Below, one piece after another: positions 14,811-25,264 of a stretch of DNA of 64,000 nucleotides. Below the pieces are notes generated by a model that saw only the letters and a list, made by a program, of their open reading frames with translations, was not told the origin of the DNA and ran no database searches. Numbering within the stretch: position 1 is the stretch's first letter; each line of letters begins with the position of its first letter. The stretch covers positions 21,927 to 85,926 of the forward strand of contig JBEEFV010000013.1 of the NCBI GenBank assembly GCA_041166405.1. The letters are read 5' to 3'. A program made the translations under genes and the position numbers. This DNA comes from Actinomycetota bacterium (GTDB lineage: Bacteria > Actinomycetota > Acidimicrobiia > Acidimicrobiales > JACCXE01).

Positions 14811-16217
14811 ATGTCAGACCTGTCCATGATCATTGGTGGCGAGCGTCACCCCACCGAGAAGACGTTCGACGTCATCAACCCGGCGACCGGCGAAGTCTTC
14901 GCACAGGCGCCCGACTGCTCGAAGGAGCAACTCGACGCCGCGTTCGACGCCGCCAAGAAGGCGCAGCTCGACTGGCGTCGCGACGAGGAGACCCGTCGCC
15001 AGCTGTTGCGTGACGCCGCCAACAAGCTGTTCGCCAGCGCCGGTGAGATCGCCCCGCTGCTGACAACCGAGCAGGGCAAGCCGCTCGCCAAAGCCGGCGA
15101 AGAGGTCTTCGGGGCAGGAATCTGGTTCAACTACTACGCCGACCTCGAGGTCGAACCGCTGCAGATCCAGAGCGACGATTTCGCCGTCGCCCACGTGCAC
15201 CGTCGCCCGCTCGGCGTCGTCGCCGCCATCACGCCGTGGAACTTCCCGCTGATCCTGGCGTCGTGGAAGATCGCGCCCGCGCTGCGCGCCGGCAACACGA
15301 TGGTGCTGAAGCCGTCGCCCTACACGCCGCTCGCCACGATCAAGATGGTCGAGCTGCTCAACGAAGTGCTGCCGGCGGGCGTGCTCAACGTCGTGACAGG
15401 CGGCGACGAGCTCGGCAAGTGGATGACTTCGCACCCCACGCCCCGCAAGGTGTCCTTCACCGGTTCCGTCGCGGCCGGTAAGCACGTCGCCGCGGCGTGC
15501 GCGCCCGACCTCAAGCGCGTGACGCTCGAGCTCGGCGGCAACGACCCGGCGATCATCCTCGACGACGCCAACGCCTCCGAGGTAGCCGAGAAGATCTTTG
15601 CCGGTGCCTTCGAGAACTGCGGGCAGATCTGTTCCGCCATCAAGCGCGTGTACGTGCCCGAGGCCATGCACGCCGAGGTCGTCGAGGTACTGGCGGCCAA
15701 GGCGGCGGCGCTGAAGGTCGGTGAAGGTACCGAGGACGGCGTCCAGATGGGACCGATCAACAACGCGCCGCAGTTCGAGCGCGTCAAGGAACTCGTCGCC
15801 GATGCCATCAGCGGTGGCGCGACCGCCGTCACCGGTGGCGCGGCCATGGACCGTCCCGGCTACTTCTTCCAGCCGACGATCCTCGACAACGTGCACGACG
15901 GCCAGCGCATCGTCGACGAAGAGCAGTTCGGCCCGGCGCTGCCCGTCATCCCCTACCGCCATCTCGACGAAGCGATCGACCGTGCCAACGCCACGCACTT
16001 CGGGCTGTCGGGCTCGGTGTGGGGCACCGACATCGAGCGCGCGTCCGAGGTTGCCGATCAGCTCGAGTGCGGGACGTCGTGGGTCAACGCCCACCTCGTG
16101 TTGCAGCCGCACCAGCCGTTCGGCGGCTTCAAGTGGAGCGGCCTCGGCGTGGAGAACGGCCCGTGGGGTCTCGACGCGTTCACCGACATCCAGGTGCGGT
16201 ACACGTCGAAGATCTAA
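14811..16217 (+). CDS. NAD(P)-dependent aldehyde dehydrogenase
   Basis: The ATG is at 14811 (MSDLSMIIGGERH...). ALDH motifs include ITPWNFPL, FTGSVAAGKHV, LELGGNDP (catalytic Glu), ENCGQICSA (catalytic Cys) and EEQFGP. Confidence 0.9.
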   Translation: MSDLSMIIGGERHPTEKTFDVINPATGEVFAQAPDCSKEQLDAAFDAAKKAQLDWRRDEETRRQLLRDAANKLFASAGEIAPLLTTEQGKPLAKAGEEVFGAGIWFNYYADLEVEPLQIQSDDFAVAHVHRRPLGVVAAITPWNFPLILASWKIAPALRAGNTMVLKPSPYTPLATIKMVELLNEVLPAGVLNVVTGGDELGKWMTSHPTPRKVSFTGSVAAGKHVAAACAPDLKRVTLELGGNDPAIILDDANASEVAEKIFAGAFENCGQICSAIKRVYVPEAMHAEVVEVLAAKAAALKVGEGTEDGVQMGPINNAPQFERVKELVADAISGGATAVTGGAAMDRPGYFFQPTILDNVHDGQRIVDEEQFGPALPVIPYRHLDEAIDRANATHFGLSGSVWGTDIERASEVADQLECGTSWVNAHLVLQPHQPFGGFKWSGLGVENGPWGLDAFTDIQVRYTSKI

Positions 16218-16223
16218 CGCTTC

Positions 16224-17108
16224 GTGCCGTGGACTGAGAAAGACATCCCGGCGCTCGACGGCAAGACCGCCGTCATCACCGGCGCCAACTCCGGACTCGG
16301 CCTCGCCGCCGCGACACTGCTGGCGGCGCACGGCGCGCGCGTGATCATGGCGTGTCGCAACGCGGCGAAGGCCGAGGCGGCGGCGGAGCGCGTGCGCGCC
16401 ACCGCAACCGGGCCGGTCGAAGTGGTGTCGTTGGACCTCGCGTCGCTGGCGTCCGTCGACGCCTGCGCGTCGGCGTTGTTGCGCGATGAACAGTCGCTTG
16501 ACCTGCTGCTGAACAACGCGGGGCTGATGGCTGTCGATCATGCGCACACGGAGGACGGCTTCGAGATGCAGATCGGCGTCAACCACCTCGGGCACTTCGC
16601 GTTCACGGCGAAGCTGTATCCGTTGCTGGCGTCGACCCCCGGGTACCGCATCGTCAACCACGCGTCGATGGGCCATCGCGCCGCCGGGCGGTTCCGCGTC
16701 GACGACCTGTTCTTCGAACAGCGCGGCTACAAGCGCTGGCCTCCGTATTTCCAGTCGAAGCTGGCGAATCTGTTGTTCACGTCCGAACTGGATCGGCGCG
16801 GCGCCACGGCGTTGGCGGCCCACCCCGGCGGGTCGCGCACGGACCTCGGGTTCGAGGGAGGCGGCGCGTCGAATCGGTTCGTGCAGTTCGGACAGTTCGT
16901 GTTGCAGCCGGCGCGACTCGGCGCGATGCCGTTCGTGCGCGCCGCCGTCGACCCGTCGGCCAAGAGCGGTGAGTTCTACGGGCCCGCCGCGCTGGTGTGG
17001 GGACCGCCGCGACGGGAGAAGCCGTCGAAGCGGGCGCGCAACGCCGCCGACGCGCGAGCGCTGTGGGAGAAGTCCGAAGAACTAACCGGAGTGACGTTTA
17101 CCGTCTGA
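16224..17108 (+). CDS. Short-chain dehydrogenase/reductase (retinol-dehydrogenase-like SDR)
   Basis: The sequence shows KTAVITGANSGLGLAAA (TGxxxGxG) and NNAG. The Y..SK motif appears as YFQSKLANLLF. The gene starts 6 nt after the ALDH stop. Confidence 0.85.
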   Translation: MPWTEKDIPALDGKTAVITGANSGLGLAAATLLAAHGARVIMACRNAAKAEAAAERVRATATGPVEVVSLDLASLASVDACASALLRDEQSLDLLLNNAGLMAVDHAHTEDGFEMQIGVNHLGHFAFTAKLYPLLASTPGYRIVNHASMGHRAAGRFRVDDLFFEQRGYKRWPPYFQSKLANLLFTSELDRRGATALAAHPGGSRTDLGFEGGGASNRFVQFGQFVLQPARLGAMPFVRAAVDPSAKSGEFYGPAALVWGPPRREKPSKRARNAADARALWEKSEELTGVTFTV

Positions 17109-17466
17109 CCCAGACGAGGTCGACGACGAACACCAGCGTTTCGTTCGGACCGATCACGCCACCCGCGCCCTGCTTGCCGTAGGCGAGGTCGGGCGGGATC
17201 GTCAGGCGGCGGCGACCACCGACCTTCATACCGGCGACGCCGCGATCCCAACCCGAGATGACCTGTCCCGCACCGAGGCGGAACTCGAAGGTCTCGTCGC
17301 GATCCCACGACGCGTCGAACTGTTTCCCGTTGGCATACGCGACGCCGACGTAGTGGACCTCGACGAAGTCGCCGGGCTTGGCTTCGTCGCCGTCGCCGAC
17401 CGTGATGTCCTCGATGAGCAATTCGGCGGGCGCGGGAGCATCGGGAACCGTGACTTCGGGTTTCAT
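17098..17466 (-). CDS. FKBP-type peptidyl-prolyl cis-trans isomerase
   Basis: The sequence VHYVGVAYANGKQFDASWDRDETFEFRLGAGQVISGWDRGVAGMKVGGRRRLTIPPDLAYG matches the FKBP core. Confidence 0.9.
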   Translation of the reverse strand: MKPEVTVPDAPAPAELLIEDITVGDGDEAKPGDFVEVHYVGVAYANGKQFDASWDRDETFEFRLGAGQVISGWDRGVAGMKVGGRRRLTIPPDLAYGKQGAGGVIGPNETLVFVVDLVWVRR

Positions 17467-17489
17467 TCGCCCACGCTACGTTGCGCCGC

Positions 17490-18359
17490 ATGAGTGACAC
17501 CACGATCGAACTCCCCGACGGCCGGACGCTCGGGTACCAGGACTACGGGCCTGACGACGGCGTACCCGTGCTGTGGTGTCACGGCGGGCCGGGTAGCCGG
17601 TTCGAACCGAAAGCGATCGCCGCGGCCGCGTCGGAGCTCGGTCAGCGACTCGTGGGATTCGATCGGCCGGGATATGGACTGTCCACACCACGGCCCGGTC
17701 GGTCGATCGAGTCGTGCGTGCCCGACACGCTGTTGCTCGCCGATCACCTCGGGATCGAGCAGTTCTACGCGGTGGGTGTGTCGACGGGCGGCGCGTACGC
17801 GCTGTCGACGGCGGCGATCGCGCCCGACCGCGTGCTCGGCGTCGTCGCCTGTTGCGCGCTGACCGACCTGCGCAACGCCGACATCAAGAAACAGATCATG
17901 GCGATGAGCGAGTGGTCGAAGATCTTCGACGCGTCGTCGCGGGCCGAGGCGATGGAGCTCGCCGCCGGGCAATTCGGTGAAGACGGCTCGCGGTTGATGA
18001 ACCCGACCGACATGGGCGAGCAGAACATCCAACTCGCACCCGCCGACATTGCGATGTTCAGCGATGCTGCGTATCTCGCCGCAGTGATCGAGGGCGTGCC
18101 CGCGATGTTCGCGTGGGGCGTGCAGGGCTATGCCGACGATCGTCTCGCCGACGGCCCGGGCTGGGGTGGTTTCGACGTGAGCGCGCTGCGGTGTCCGGTC
18201 GTCGTGCTGCACGGCGAGGCCGACACGATCTGCCCCGTCGTCAACGCCTACAACACGGCGGAGATCGTGCCCAACGCCGAACTGCACATCACCACCGACG
18301 ACGGTCACTTCAGCATCATGCGTCACGTCCCCGAAGTGCTCGCGGAGATGATCTCGTGA
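17490..18359 (+). CDS. Alpha/beta-fold hydrolase
   Basis: The sequence shows LPDGRTLGYQDYGPDDGVPVLWCHGGPGSR and the nucleophile elbow GVSTGG. The C-terminal region reads LHGEADTICP...DGHFS. The ATG at 17490 is preferred over the TTG at 17481. Confidence 0.75.
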   Translation: MSDTTIELPDGRTLGYQDYGPDDGVPVLWCHGGPGSRFEPKAIAAAASELGQRLVGFDRPGYGLSTPRPGRSIESCVPDTLLLADHLGIEQFYAVGVSTGGAYALSTAAIAPDRVLGVVACCALTDLRNADIKKQIMAMSEWSKIFDASSRAEAMELAAGQFGEDGSRLMNPTDMGEQNIQLAPADIAMFSDAAYLAAVIEGVPAMFAWGVQGYADDRLADGPGWGGFDVSALRCPVVVLHGEADTICPVVNAYNTAEIVPNAELHITTDDGHFSIMRHVPEVLAEMIS

Positions 18360-19093
18360 TCACCGTCGAACGCGACGCCGATCTCGACGGGCTCGTGACG
18401 ATCACGCTCAATCGCCCGGAGAAACTCAACGCGCTCAACATCGAGTTGCACGACGCGTTGCAACCGGTGCTTGTCGAGCTGGAGACGGACGCATCGGCGC
18501 GGGTCGTGGTGTTGACCGGCGCCGGGCGCGCCTTCTCCGCCGGTGCCGATCTGAAGGCGCGGCGCGACGGCAAGCCGCTGAACGACATCGATCGCATGCA
18601 ACGCGCCCACATCGGCGGTCGCACGACAGAGTTGCTCGACCGTCTCCCTCAAGTCGTGATCGGTCAGATCAACGGGCTGGCGATCGGCGGCGCCGTCGTG
18701 TTCTTGACGGCATGCGACATCCGTCTCGCGGCAGAGTCGGCGTGGTTGTCGATTCCCGAAGTGGAACTCGGCATGCCGTTGACGTGGCAGGCGATCCCGC
18801 GCCTAATGCGGGAGCTCGGCCCGGCCCGGACGAAGGAACTGGTGATGGCGTGCGATCGCTTCACCGCACAGCAGGCGTACGAATGGGGGTTCGTCAACCA
18901 CGTCTACCCCGACGACCAGCTCGCCGGCGAAACGCGAGCGCTGGCGGCGAAGCTGCTGTCGATGGATCCGCTGTCGCTGTCGCTCACGAAGTCGGCGTGC
19001 GCGGCGGCGGCCAACACGATGGTCACCGTCGACACCAACTGGGCCGACGCCGAACTGATGCTCCACACCTACCGCCGCATGCGCGACCGCTAA
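18356..19093 (+). CDS. Enoyl-CoA hydratase/isomerase (crotonase family)
   Basis: The GTG at 18356 overlaps the preceding stop (GTGA). The sequence shows ITLNRPEKLNALN, VVVLTGAGRAFSAGADL and INGLAIGGAVVFLTACDIRLAAE. Confidence 0.85.
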   Translation: MITVERDADLDGLVTITLNRPEKLNALNIELHDALQPVLVELETDASARVVVLTGAGRAFSAGADLKARRDGKPLNDIDRMQRAHIGGRTTELLDRLPQVVIGQINGLAIGGAVVFLTACDIRLAAESAWLSIPEVELGMPLTWQAIPRLMRELGPARTKELVMACDRFTAQQAYEWGFVNHVYPDDQLAGETRALAAKLLSMDPLSLSLTKSACAAAANTMVTVDTNWADAELMLHTYRRMRDR

Positions 19094-19111
19094 CTGCGGC
19101 CGCTAACAAAC

Positions 19112-19152
19112 TTGTGTTTTGTCGCACACGAAACGTGTGCGACAGAACACAA
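19112..19152. terminator. AT-rich bidirectional terminator-like hairpin (18-bp stem, GAAAC loop) between convergent genes
   Basis: The sequence is TTGTGTTTTGTCGCACAC-gaaac-GTGTGCGACAGAACACAA, giving 17 Watson-Crick pairs plus one G-U pair. It lies between the stop at 19093 (+) and the stop at 19167 (-). Confidence 0.65.
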
Positions 19153-19166
19153 CTTTGGTGGTTGGG

Positions 19167-19652
19167 TTACGCGAAGACCATCCGGGTGATCCAGTCGGCG
19201 ACGAGGGCGGGCTTGTCTTCGCCTTCGATCTCGACGGTCAAGGTGTTCGTCATGTTGATGGCGTTGCCCTTGAGTTCGATGTCCTTGGTGACCGACGTGG
19301 CGCGGATCTTCGAGTTGACCTTCACCGGGTTGATGAAGCGGATCTTGTCGAAGCCGTAGTTGACGCCGGCGACCATGCCGGTGAAGTTCGGCGCCGGGCG
19401 CTCGTCGCCGCCCTTGAGCGACCCCTGGAGGTGCACGAGCAGCGACAGGGTCAAGAAGCCGTGGGCGATCGTCGTGCCGAACGGGCCTTGCGCAGCGCGC
19501 TCAGGATCGACGTGGATGAACTGATGGTCGAGCGTGACGTCGGCGAACTTGTTGATGAGGTCCTGGGTGACCTCGAACCAGTCGCCCGTCCCGTTGGACA
19601 GCCCGACGTTGCCCTTTACCGATTCGTACGCGGTCTCTGCATTGGTAGCCAT
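19167..19652 (-). CDS. MaoC-like (R)-specific enoyl-CoA hydratase / hot-dog fold dehydratase
   Basis: The track ORF is trimmed to the ATG at 19652 (MATNAETAY). The sequence shows FADVTLDHQFIHVDPERAAQGPFGTTIAHGFLTLSL. Confidence 0.85.
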   Translation of the reverse strand: MATNAETAYESVKGNVGLSNGTGDWFEVTQDLINKFADVTLDHQFIHVDPERAAQGPFGTTIAHGFLTLSLLVHLQGSLKGGDERPAPNFTGMVAGVNYGFDKIRFINPVKVNSKIRATSVTKDIELKGNAINMTNTLTVEIEGEDKPALVADWITRMVFA

Positions 19653-19665
19653 AGTGAACTGCTTT

Positions 19666-21453
19666 CTAGTTGATCTCGAGTCCGGCGAGGTCACCGGAAC
19701 TGCGCCACTTTTCGAGGATTTGGTAGAAGGCGATCGGCCCGCCGCCGTAGGGGCCGTTCTCGCCGACGAAGAACCCGTCGCCGGGCTTGCCTTCGTTGTT
19801 GTAGTAGCCGGGCGTGCACTCCTCGAAGAACGACGAGCGCGCCGGCGCCAACGAGCGGATCACGCCGACCCACTCCTCCACCGCCTCCGGCGTTGCCTCG
19901 ACGCGCGTCGCCCCGCGCTCGCGCAACGAGCCGATGACGTAGGCGAAGTGACGGCTCATCTCGTCGAGGTTGTGCGGGAAGTTCGGCGTGAACCCGCCCT
20001 GCGCGTTCTGCACGAGAAACAGATTGGGGAAGCCGTTGACGTGCATCGAGTGCAGCGTGCGCGTCCCCGTCGCCCACGCCTCGTCCAACGTGACGCCGTC
20101 AGCGCCGTGGATCGTGTAGCCGCTGCGTCGCTGATACGACGTGCCGACTTCGAAGCCCGTCGCGAAGATGATGCAGTCGACCGGGTACTCGACGCCGTTG
20201 GCGACGACGCCGTTCTCCGTGATGCGCTCGACGCCCCGGCCGTTCGTATCGACGAGGTCGACGTTGTAGCGGTTGAACGTGTCGAGGTACTCGTCGTGGA
20301 AGCACGGCCGCTTGCAGAACTGGCGGTAGTAGGGCTTCAGCGCCTCCGCTGTCTGCTTGTTGTCGACGATCGAATCGACCCGCTCCCGGATCTGGTTCAT
20401 CTTCTCGAAGTCGGCCAGCTCCATGTTGCGGGCCAAGCCCTCCGGCGTGAGGTCGTCGCCCTGGGCTTCGCGCAGGCGCACAAGCAGCTTGCCGATGATG
20501 TCGGTCCAGCCGTCGTCGACGAGGTCCTCTTCGGCGAAGCCACCCGACACGAGCGTGTTGAAGTTGTCCATGCGGTGCTTCTGCCACCCCGGCTGGAGCG
20601 AGCGCGCCCACTGCGGGTCGGTGTCGCGGTTGTTGCGCACGTCGATGGAAGACGGCGTGCGCTGGAACACGTAGAGGTGCTCAGCCCATTCGCCGAGGTG
20701 CGGGACGCACTGCACTGCGGTCGCGCCCGTACCGATGATCCCGACGCGCTTGCCTTGCAGACCGACGAGGCCACCGTCGGGATCGCCGCCGGTGTAGTCG
20801 TAGTCCCAACGTGACGTATGGAACGAGTGACCCTTGAACTCGGTGATTCCCGGGATGCCAGGCAGCTTGGCGCGGTGTAGCGGACCGCTCGACGAGATGA
20901 CGTAGCGCGCGCGCATCGCGTCGCCGCGGTTCGTCGAGACGATCCAGCGCTCGACCTCTTCGTCCCACGTGAGATCGGTGACCTCGGTCTGGAAGCACGC
21001 GTTGTCGTACAGACCGAAGTGCCTACCGATGTTGCGCGAGTGGGCGAGGATCTCGGGCGCGTGCGTGTACTTCTCCTTGGGCACGTAGCCGATCTCTTCG
21101 AGCAGCGGGAGATAGATGTAGGACTCGATGTCGCACATGGCGCCCGGGTAGCGGTTCCAGTACCACGTCCCGCCGAAGTCGCCGCCCTTCTCGACGAGAC
21201 GAATTTCCATCGCGTCGAGCCCGGCCTCGCGCAAACGCGCGCCGGCGAGGAGTCCGCCGAAGCCGCCGCCGATGACGAGCACTTCGACTTCGTCGGTCAG
21301 CGGCTCACGCTCGAGTGGGGTGTCGATGTACGGGTCCTCGACGTAGTGCGCGAACGCGCCCGCCACTTCGATGTACTGGTCGTTGCCGTCGTCGCGGAGG
21401 CGCTTGTCGCGCTCCTCGCGGTACTTCTGACGGAGTGCATCAACCTCCAGCAT
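19666..21453 (-). CDS. Baeyer-Villiger monooxygenase (type I, FAD/NADPH)
   Basis: The FAD GxGxxG motif is [11 protein letters not shown]. The sequence also shows [11 protein letters not shown]. The BVMO fingerprint FxGxxxHxxxW appears as [11 protein letters not shown]. The second Rossmann motif is [12 protein letters not shown]. Confidence 0.9.
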   Translation of the reverse strand: MLEVDALRQKYREERDKRLRDDGNDQYIEVAGAFAHYVEDPYIDTPLEREPLTDEVEVLVIGGGFGGLLAGARLREAGLDAMEIRLVEKGGDFGGTWYWNRYPGAMCDIESYIYLPLLEEIGYVPKEKYTHAPEILAHSRNIGRHFGLYDNACFQTEVTDLTWDEEVERWIVSTNRGDAMRARYVISSSGPLHRAKLPGIPGITEFKGHSFHTSRWDYDYTGGDPDGGLVGLQGKRVGIIGTGATAVQCVPHLGEWAEHLYVFQRTPSSIDVRNNRDTDPQWARSLQPGWQKHRMDNFNTLVSGGFAEEDLVDDGWTDIIGKLLVRLREAQGDDLTPEGLARNMELADFEKMNQIRERVDSIVDNKQTAEALKPYYRQFCKRPCFHDEYLDTFNRYNVDLVDTNGRGVERITENGVVANGVEYPVDCIIFATGFEVGTSYQRRSGYTIHGADGVTLDEAWATGTRTLHSMHVNGFPNLFLVQNAQGGFTPNFPHNLDEMSRHFAYVIGSLRERGATRVEATPEAVEEWVGVIRSLAPARSSFFEECTPGYYNNEGKPGDGFFVGENGPYGGGPIAFYQILEKWRSSGDLAGLEIN

Positions 21454-22987
21454 TGGCCTGGTCCCGAAGTACGCGCCGCAGAATCTTGCCGGACGCCGAC
21501 TTCGGCACGGCGTCGACGAAGATGACCTTGCCGAGTCGCTTGTAGGTCGCCACTTGGCTGGAGATGAATTCCTTGATCTCGTCCTCGGTCGCCTGCTGGC
21601 CTTCCTTCAGGACGACATAGCCCGCCGGGATCTCGCCCGCTTCGTCGTCGGGGATGCCGATGACGGCGGCATCGGCCACCTTCGGGTTGGTCAGCAGCAA
21701 CGCTTCGAGTTCCGCAGGCGGGACCTGGAAGCCCTTGAACTTGATGAGCTCCTTCAGGCGGTCGACGACGTAAAGGTGCCCGTCGGCATCCATGTGGCCG
21801 ATGTCGCCGGTGTGCAACCACCCCTCGTCGTCGATCGTGGACTTCGTCGCCGCTTCGTTGTTGAGGTAGCCCTTCATCACCTGTGGGCCGAGGATCCACA
21901 CCTCGCCGTCCTGTTCGAGATCGAGGTCCTCGCCCGTGCCGGGATCGACGATGCGCACCGACGTGTTGGGCACCGTCATGCCCGCCGAGCCGGCTTTGAA
22001 CTTGCCCGGTGGCGTGGCGTGCGTAACCGGCGACAGCTCCGTCATCCCGTACCCCTGCACGACCTCACAACCGAGCCGTTCGCCGCACTCGATGGCGAGC
22101 TCCGCCGACAGCGGGGCCGCGCCCGAGAAAATCGTCTTGAGCGACGACAGGTCGTAGTTGTCGACGATCGGGTGCTTCGCCAGCGCCACGACCATCGGCG
22201 GTGCCACGAAGGCGCGCGTGAGCTTGTGCTCCTGATGCAGGGCCAGGAACTGCTCGAGGTCGAAGCGCGGCATGGTGACGATGGTCGCTCCGGCCGAAAG
22301 GCCGAGGTTCATCAGCACTTGCATGCCGTAGATGTGGAAGAACGGCAACACCGCAACGAACGCTTCGTCCTCGCCGACGGGAATCGCGGCCAGCGACTGC
22401 ACGAGGTTGGCAACGCAGTTGCGGTGGGTGAGCATCACGCCTTTGGACAGGCCCGTCGTGCCCGACGAGTACGGGAGCACGACGACGTCGTCGACGTCGA
22501 CCGGCACCTGCTCCTCGAGTGGTTCGCCGAAGAGATCCTCGAGGTCTTCGAGGAGGACGATCTCCTTCACGCCGCTGTCGGCCGCAGCCGCGGTCGCCGT
22601 CTCCTGGAACATCGAGAACACGATGAGCTTGGTGGCACCGGCGTCGTTGAGCTGGTGGTGCACCTCGCGCTCGGTATAGGTCGGGTTGATCGTGGTGACG
22701 ACGCCGCCGGCCATGGCCACGCCGTGGAACACCACGGCGTAATCGGGACAGTTCGGCGCCATGATCGCGATCACCTCGCCCTTGGCGAGGCCGCGCTCGA
22801 GCAGGCCGCCGGCGAGGCGTTTCACGCGGTCGTAGAGAGCGGCGTACGACAACGGTTGGTCGGTCGTGCCGTCGATGAACGCGACCTTGTCACCGCGTTG
22901 CGCGGCTTTCTGGAACACGAACGGCGTCAGCGCCATGTCGGGGATGACAACGTCAGGAAGCGGGCTCTTGTGAATCACGGCGGTCAT
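21440..22987 (-). CDS. AMP-dependent acyl-CoA synthetase/ligase (4-coumarate-CoA-ligase-like)
   Basis: The track ORF is trimmed to the ATG at 22987 ([13 protein letters not shown]). The AMP-binding motif is [18 protein letters not shown]. The sequence also shows [36 protein letters not shown] and SASGKILRR. Confidence 0.9.
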   Translation of the reverse strand: MTAVIHKSPLPDVVIPDMALTPFVFQKAAQRGDKVAFIDGTTDQPLSYAALYDRVKRLAGGLLERGLAKGEVIAIMAPNCPDYAVVFHGVAMAGGVVTTINPTYTEREVHHQLNDAGATKLIVFSMFQETATAAAADSGVKEIVLLEDLEDLFGEPLEEQVPVDVDDVVVLPYSSGTTGLSKGVMLTHRNCVANLVQSLAAIPVGEDEAFVAVLPFFHIYGMQVLMNLGLSAGATIVTMPRFDLEQFLALHQEHKLTRAFVAPPMVVALAKHPIVDNYDLSSLKTIFSGAAPLSAELAIECGERLGCEVVQGYGMTELSPVTHATPPGKFKAGSAGMTVPNTSVRIVDPGTGEDLDLEQDGEVWILGPQVMKGYLNNEAATKSTIDDEGWLHTGDIGHMDADGHLYVVDRLKELIKFKGFQVPPAELEALLLTNPKVADAAVIGIPDDEAGEIPAGYVVLKEGQQATEDEIKEFISSQVATYKRLGKVIFVDAVPKSASGKILRRVLRDQANAGG

Positions 22988-23009
22988 TCTTTCGCAATAG
23001 CGTCGGGCG

Positions 23010-24470
23010 ATGCCCGCTCGTGAGGTCGTCACTGGATATTGCTGGCCGCAGTCGGTTACCGCGGGAGAGCCGGTCGATTTGCACTTGTCGTCGTCGGGCG
23101 GTCGGCCTGTCCGCGTGACCGTCAACGGCGAGACGTTCACCGTCGCAGCGGACGAGCACGCGACGCCGGCCGACGCGGCCGCCAGCGGCTGCGGTTGGCC
23201 TTCCGCGCACACCATCGCGACAGGCGCCGACTGGCCGTCGGGGTTCTACGAAGTCGTGCTCGAAATCGACGTCGACGGCAAGGTCCGGCGCGACTACGCG
23301 TTCTTCGTCGTGCGCCCGCGCGCCGGCACGAAGATCGTGTTGGCGCTGGCGTCGAACACGTGGGCTGCCTACAACGACTTCGGCGGCCCGAACCTCTACA
23401 CCGGCGGCACCACCGTGTCGTTTCAGCGGCCCATGGCCGCCGGGTACCTGTTCAAGCCGCCGGGCAAGGGCCGGCGGGTCACGGGCACGGGCGCGCCCGA
23501 CCCGCAGAACGCCGCCCACGTCGGCTACGTGCAACTCAACCACCTGTCGGGCTACGCCGGCTCGGCGGGATGGCCCGACTGGGAGGAGCCGTTCCTACGC
23601 TGGGCGAAGCGCGAGGGATTCGACATCGGCGTGTGCCTCAACGCCGATCTCGAGGAGCATCCCGAAGTCCTGGAGGGCGCGTCGCTGTACCTGTCGGTCG
23701 GCCACGACGAGTACTGGTCGAAGGGGATGCGCGACACCGTCGAGGCGTTCATCGCGGCCGGCGGCAACGCCGCGTTTTTCAGCGGCAACACGTCGCTGTG
23801 GCAAGTGCGTCTCGAGAACAATGCGATGGTCGGTTACAAGGGGTTCTTCAAGAACGATCCGCTGCACGACACCGATCGCATGCGAGAAGTCACCACGTTC
23901 TGGTCGGACCACATCGTCGCCCGACCCGAGAACCACATGACGGGCGTGAGCTTCGTGCGCGGCGGCTACCACCGCATCGGTCGCAACGTCACGAACGGCC
24001 TCGGCGGCTACACCGTCTACCGGCCTGACCACTGGCTGTTCGACGGGACCGACGTGCGCTTCGGCGACGTGCTCGGCAACGAGTCGACCGTCGTCGGTTA
24101 CGAGTGCGACGGCGCGGCGTTCACCTTCCGCGACGGCCTTCCGTACCCCACCTTCGAAGACGAGACGCCCGAGACCTTCGAGATCCTCGGCATGGTGCCC
24201 GTGCAGCACTTCACGCGCGAGTCGGCGCCGCGCCCGCCGCGTCCGGGTGAGCCGTCGGAGTTGGAGTACATCGCGTCACGGGTGTTCGACACGCGCGACG
24301 CCTGGGCCGTCGAGAAGATCCGCTACGGCCACGCCATGTTGGGCGCGTACACGAACGACGCCGGCGCGACGGTCGTCACCAGTGGTTCGACCGACTGGGC
24401 CCACGGCCTCGACGGCCGTTCCCCCAACATCGAACAGATCACGCGCAACGTGCTGTCGCGTCTGGGGTAG
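23010..24470 (+). CDS. N,N-dimethylformamidase beta-subunit-like family protein (function unknown)
   Basis: Motifs remembered from this family are LASNTWAAYNDFGGPNLY, LSVGHDEYWS and AAFFSGNTSLWQVR. The assignment is by recollection of the family consensus and is not verified. Confidence 0.5.
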   Translation: MPAREVVTGYCWPQSVTAGEPVDLHLSSSGGRPVRVTVNGETFTVAADEHATPADAAASGCGWPSAHTIATGADWPSGFYEVVLEIDVDGKVRRDYAFFVVRPRAGTKIVLALASNTWAAYNDFGGPNLYTGGTTVSFQRPMAAGYLFKPPGKGRRVTGTGAPDPQNAAHVGYVQLNHLSGYAGSAGWPDWEEPFLRWAKREGFDIGVCLNADLEEHPEVLEGASLYLSVGHDEYWSKGMRDTVEAFIAAGGNAAFFSGNTSLWQVRLENNAMVGYKGFFKNDPLHDTDRMREVTTFWSDHIVARPENHMTGVSFVRGGYHRIGRNVTNGLGGYTVYRPDHWLFDGTDVRFGDVLGNESTVVGYECDGAAFTFRDGLPYPTFEDETPETFEILGMVPVQHFTRESAPRPPRPGEPSELEYIASRVFDTRDAWAVEKIRYGHAMLGAYTNDAGATVVTSGSTDWAHGLDGRSPNIEQITRNVLSRLG

Positions 24471-25264
24471 TGGTCAAGCTCCTGGCGACGGATCTCGACG
24501 GGACGCTGCTGCTGCCGGACGCGACGGTGTCGCCGCGGGTTGCTGCCGCGATCGCGGCGGCGGAGGATGCGGGCATCGAGGTCGTCATCCTCACGGCACG
24601 AAGTTGGCGATCGTTGCGGTTGCTGGCGCAGGACGCGATCCCGCGCGGCATCGCCGTGTGCTCGAACGGCGCGGTCGTCTACGACCTCGCAACCGACGAG
24701 ATCGTGCGAACGCATCACATCGAGCCGGCGACGCTGCGGGCGTTTCTCGCACGGGCTTCCGAAGAACTCGACGTCGCCATCGCATGGGAGACGGCGAGGC
24801 GCGTGTTCCGGACGCAGCGCTACCACGAGCTGCGCGGCTCGGATCACCTCCCCGCGGCGTACGTCGCATCTATCGAGTTCGCGGAAGATATCGGCGACGA
24901 CCACGAGGTGACGAAGGTTCTCGTCGGCCACGCGTCGCTCAGCCCGGACGAACTGTTCGCGGCGCTCGCCCCCTTCGCCGACGGGGTGACGACCACCGTG
25001 TCGGGAGGACCGTTCGTCGAAGTGATGGCCGCCGGGGTGACCAAGGCACTCGCGCTCGCGGCGATCTGTGACGAACGCGGCATCGACGCCGCCGACGTCG
25101 TCGCCGTCGGCGATCACACGAACGACCTGCCGATGCTCCGCTGGGCCGGCCGCGGGATCGCCATGGGCAACGCGCACCCGTCGGTCCTCGCCGAGATCGA
25201 GGAGCACACCGCCAGCAACGTCGACGACGGCCTCGCCCTCGTGATCGAGGGCTTGCTCGCTTAG
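24470..25264 (+). CDS. Cof-type HAD-IIB phosphatase
   Basis: The GTG overlaps the preceding stop (TAGTG). The sequence shows LLATDLDGTLL (DxD motif) and VVAVGDHTNDLPMLRWAGRGIAMGNA. Confidence 0.85.
   Translation: MVKLLATDLDGTLLLPDATVSPRVAAAIAAAEDAGIEVVILTARSWRSLRLLAQDAIPRGIAVCSNGAVVYDLATDEIVRTHHIEPATLRAFLARASEELDVAIAWETARRVFRTQRYHELRGSDHLPAAYVASIEFAEDIGDDHEVTKVLVGHASLSPDELFAALAPFADGVTTTVSGGPFVEVMAAGVTKALALAAICDERGIDAADVVAVGDHTNDLPMLRWAGRGIAMGNAHPSVLAEIEEHTASNVDDGLALVIEGLLA

Noticed and set aside
14814-16823. A 669-aa minus-strand ORF covering the aldehyde dehydrogenase and SDR genes.
   Set aside because: This is an antisense shadow ORF with an Arg/Gly/Asp/Val-rich, repetitive composition. 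The plus strand has clear ALDH catalytic motifs (LELGGNDP, CGQICSA) and SDR motifs.
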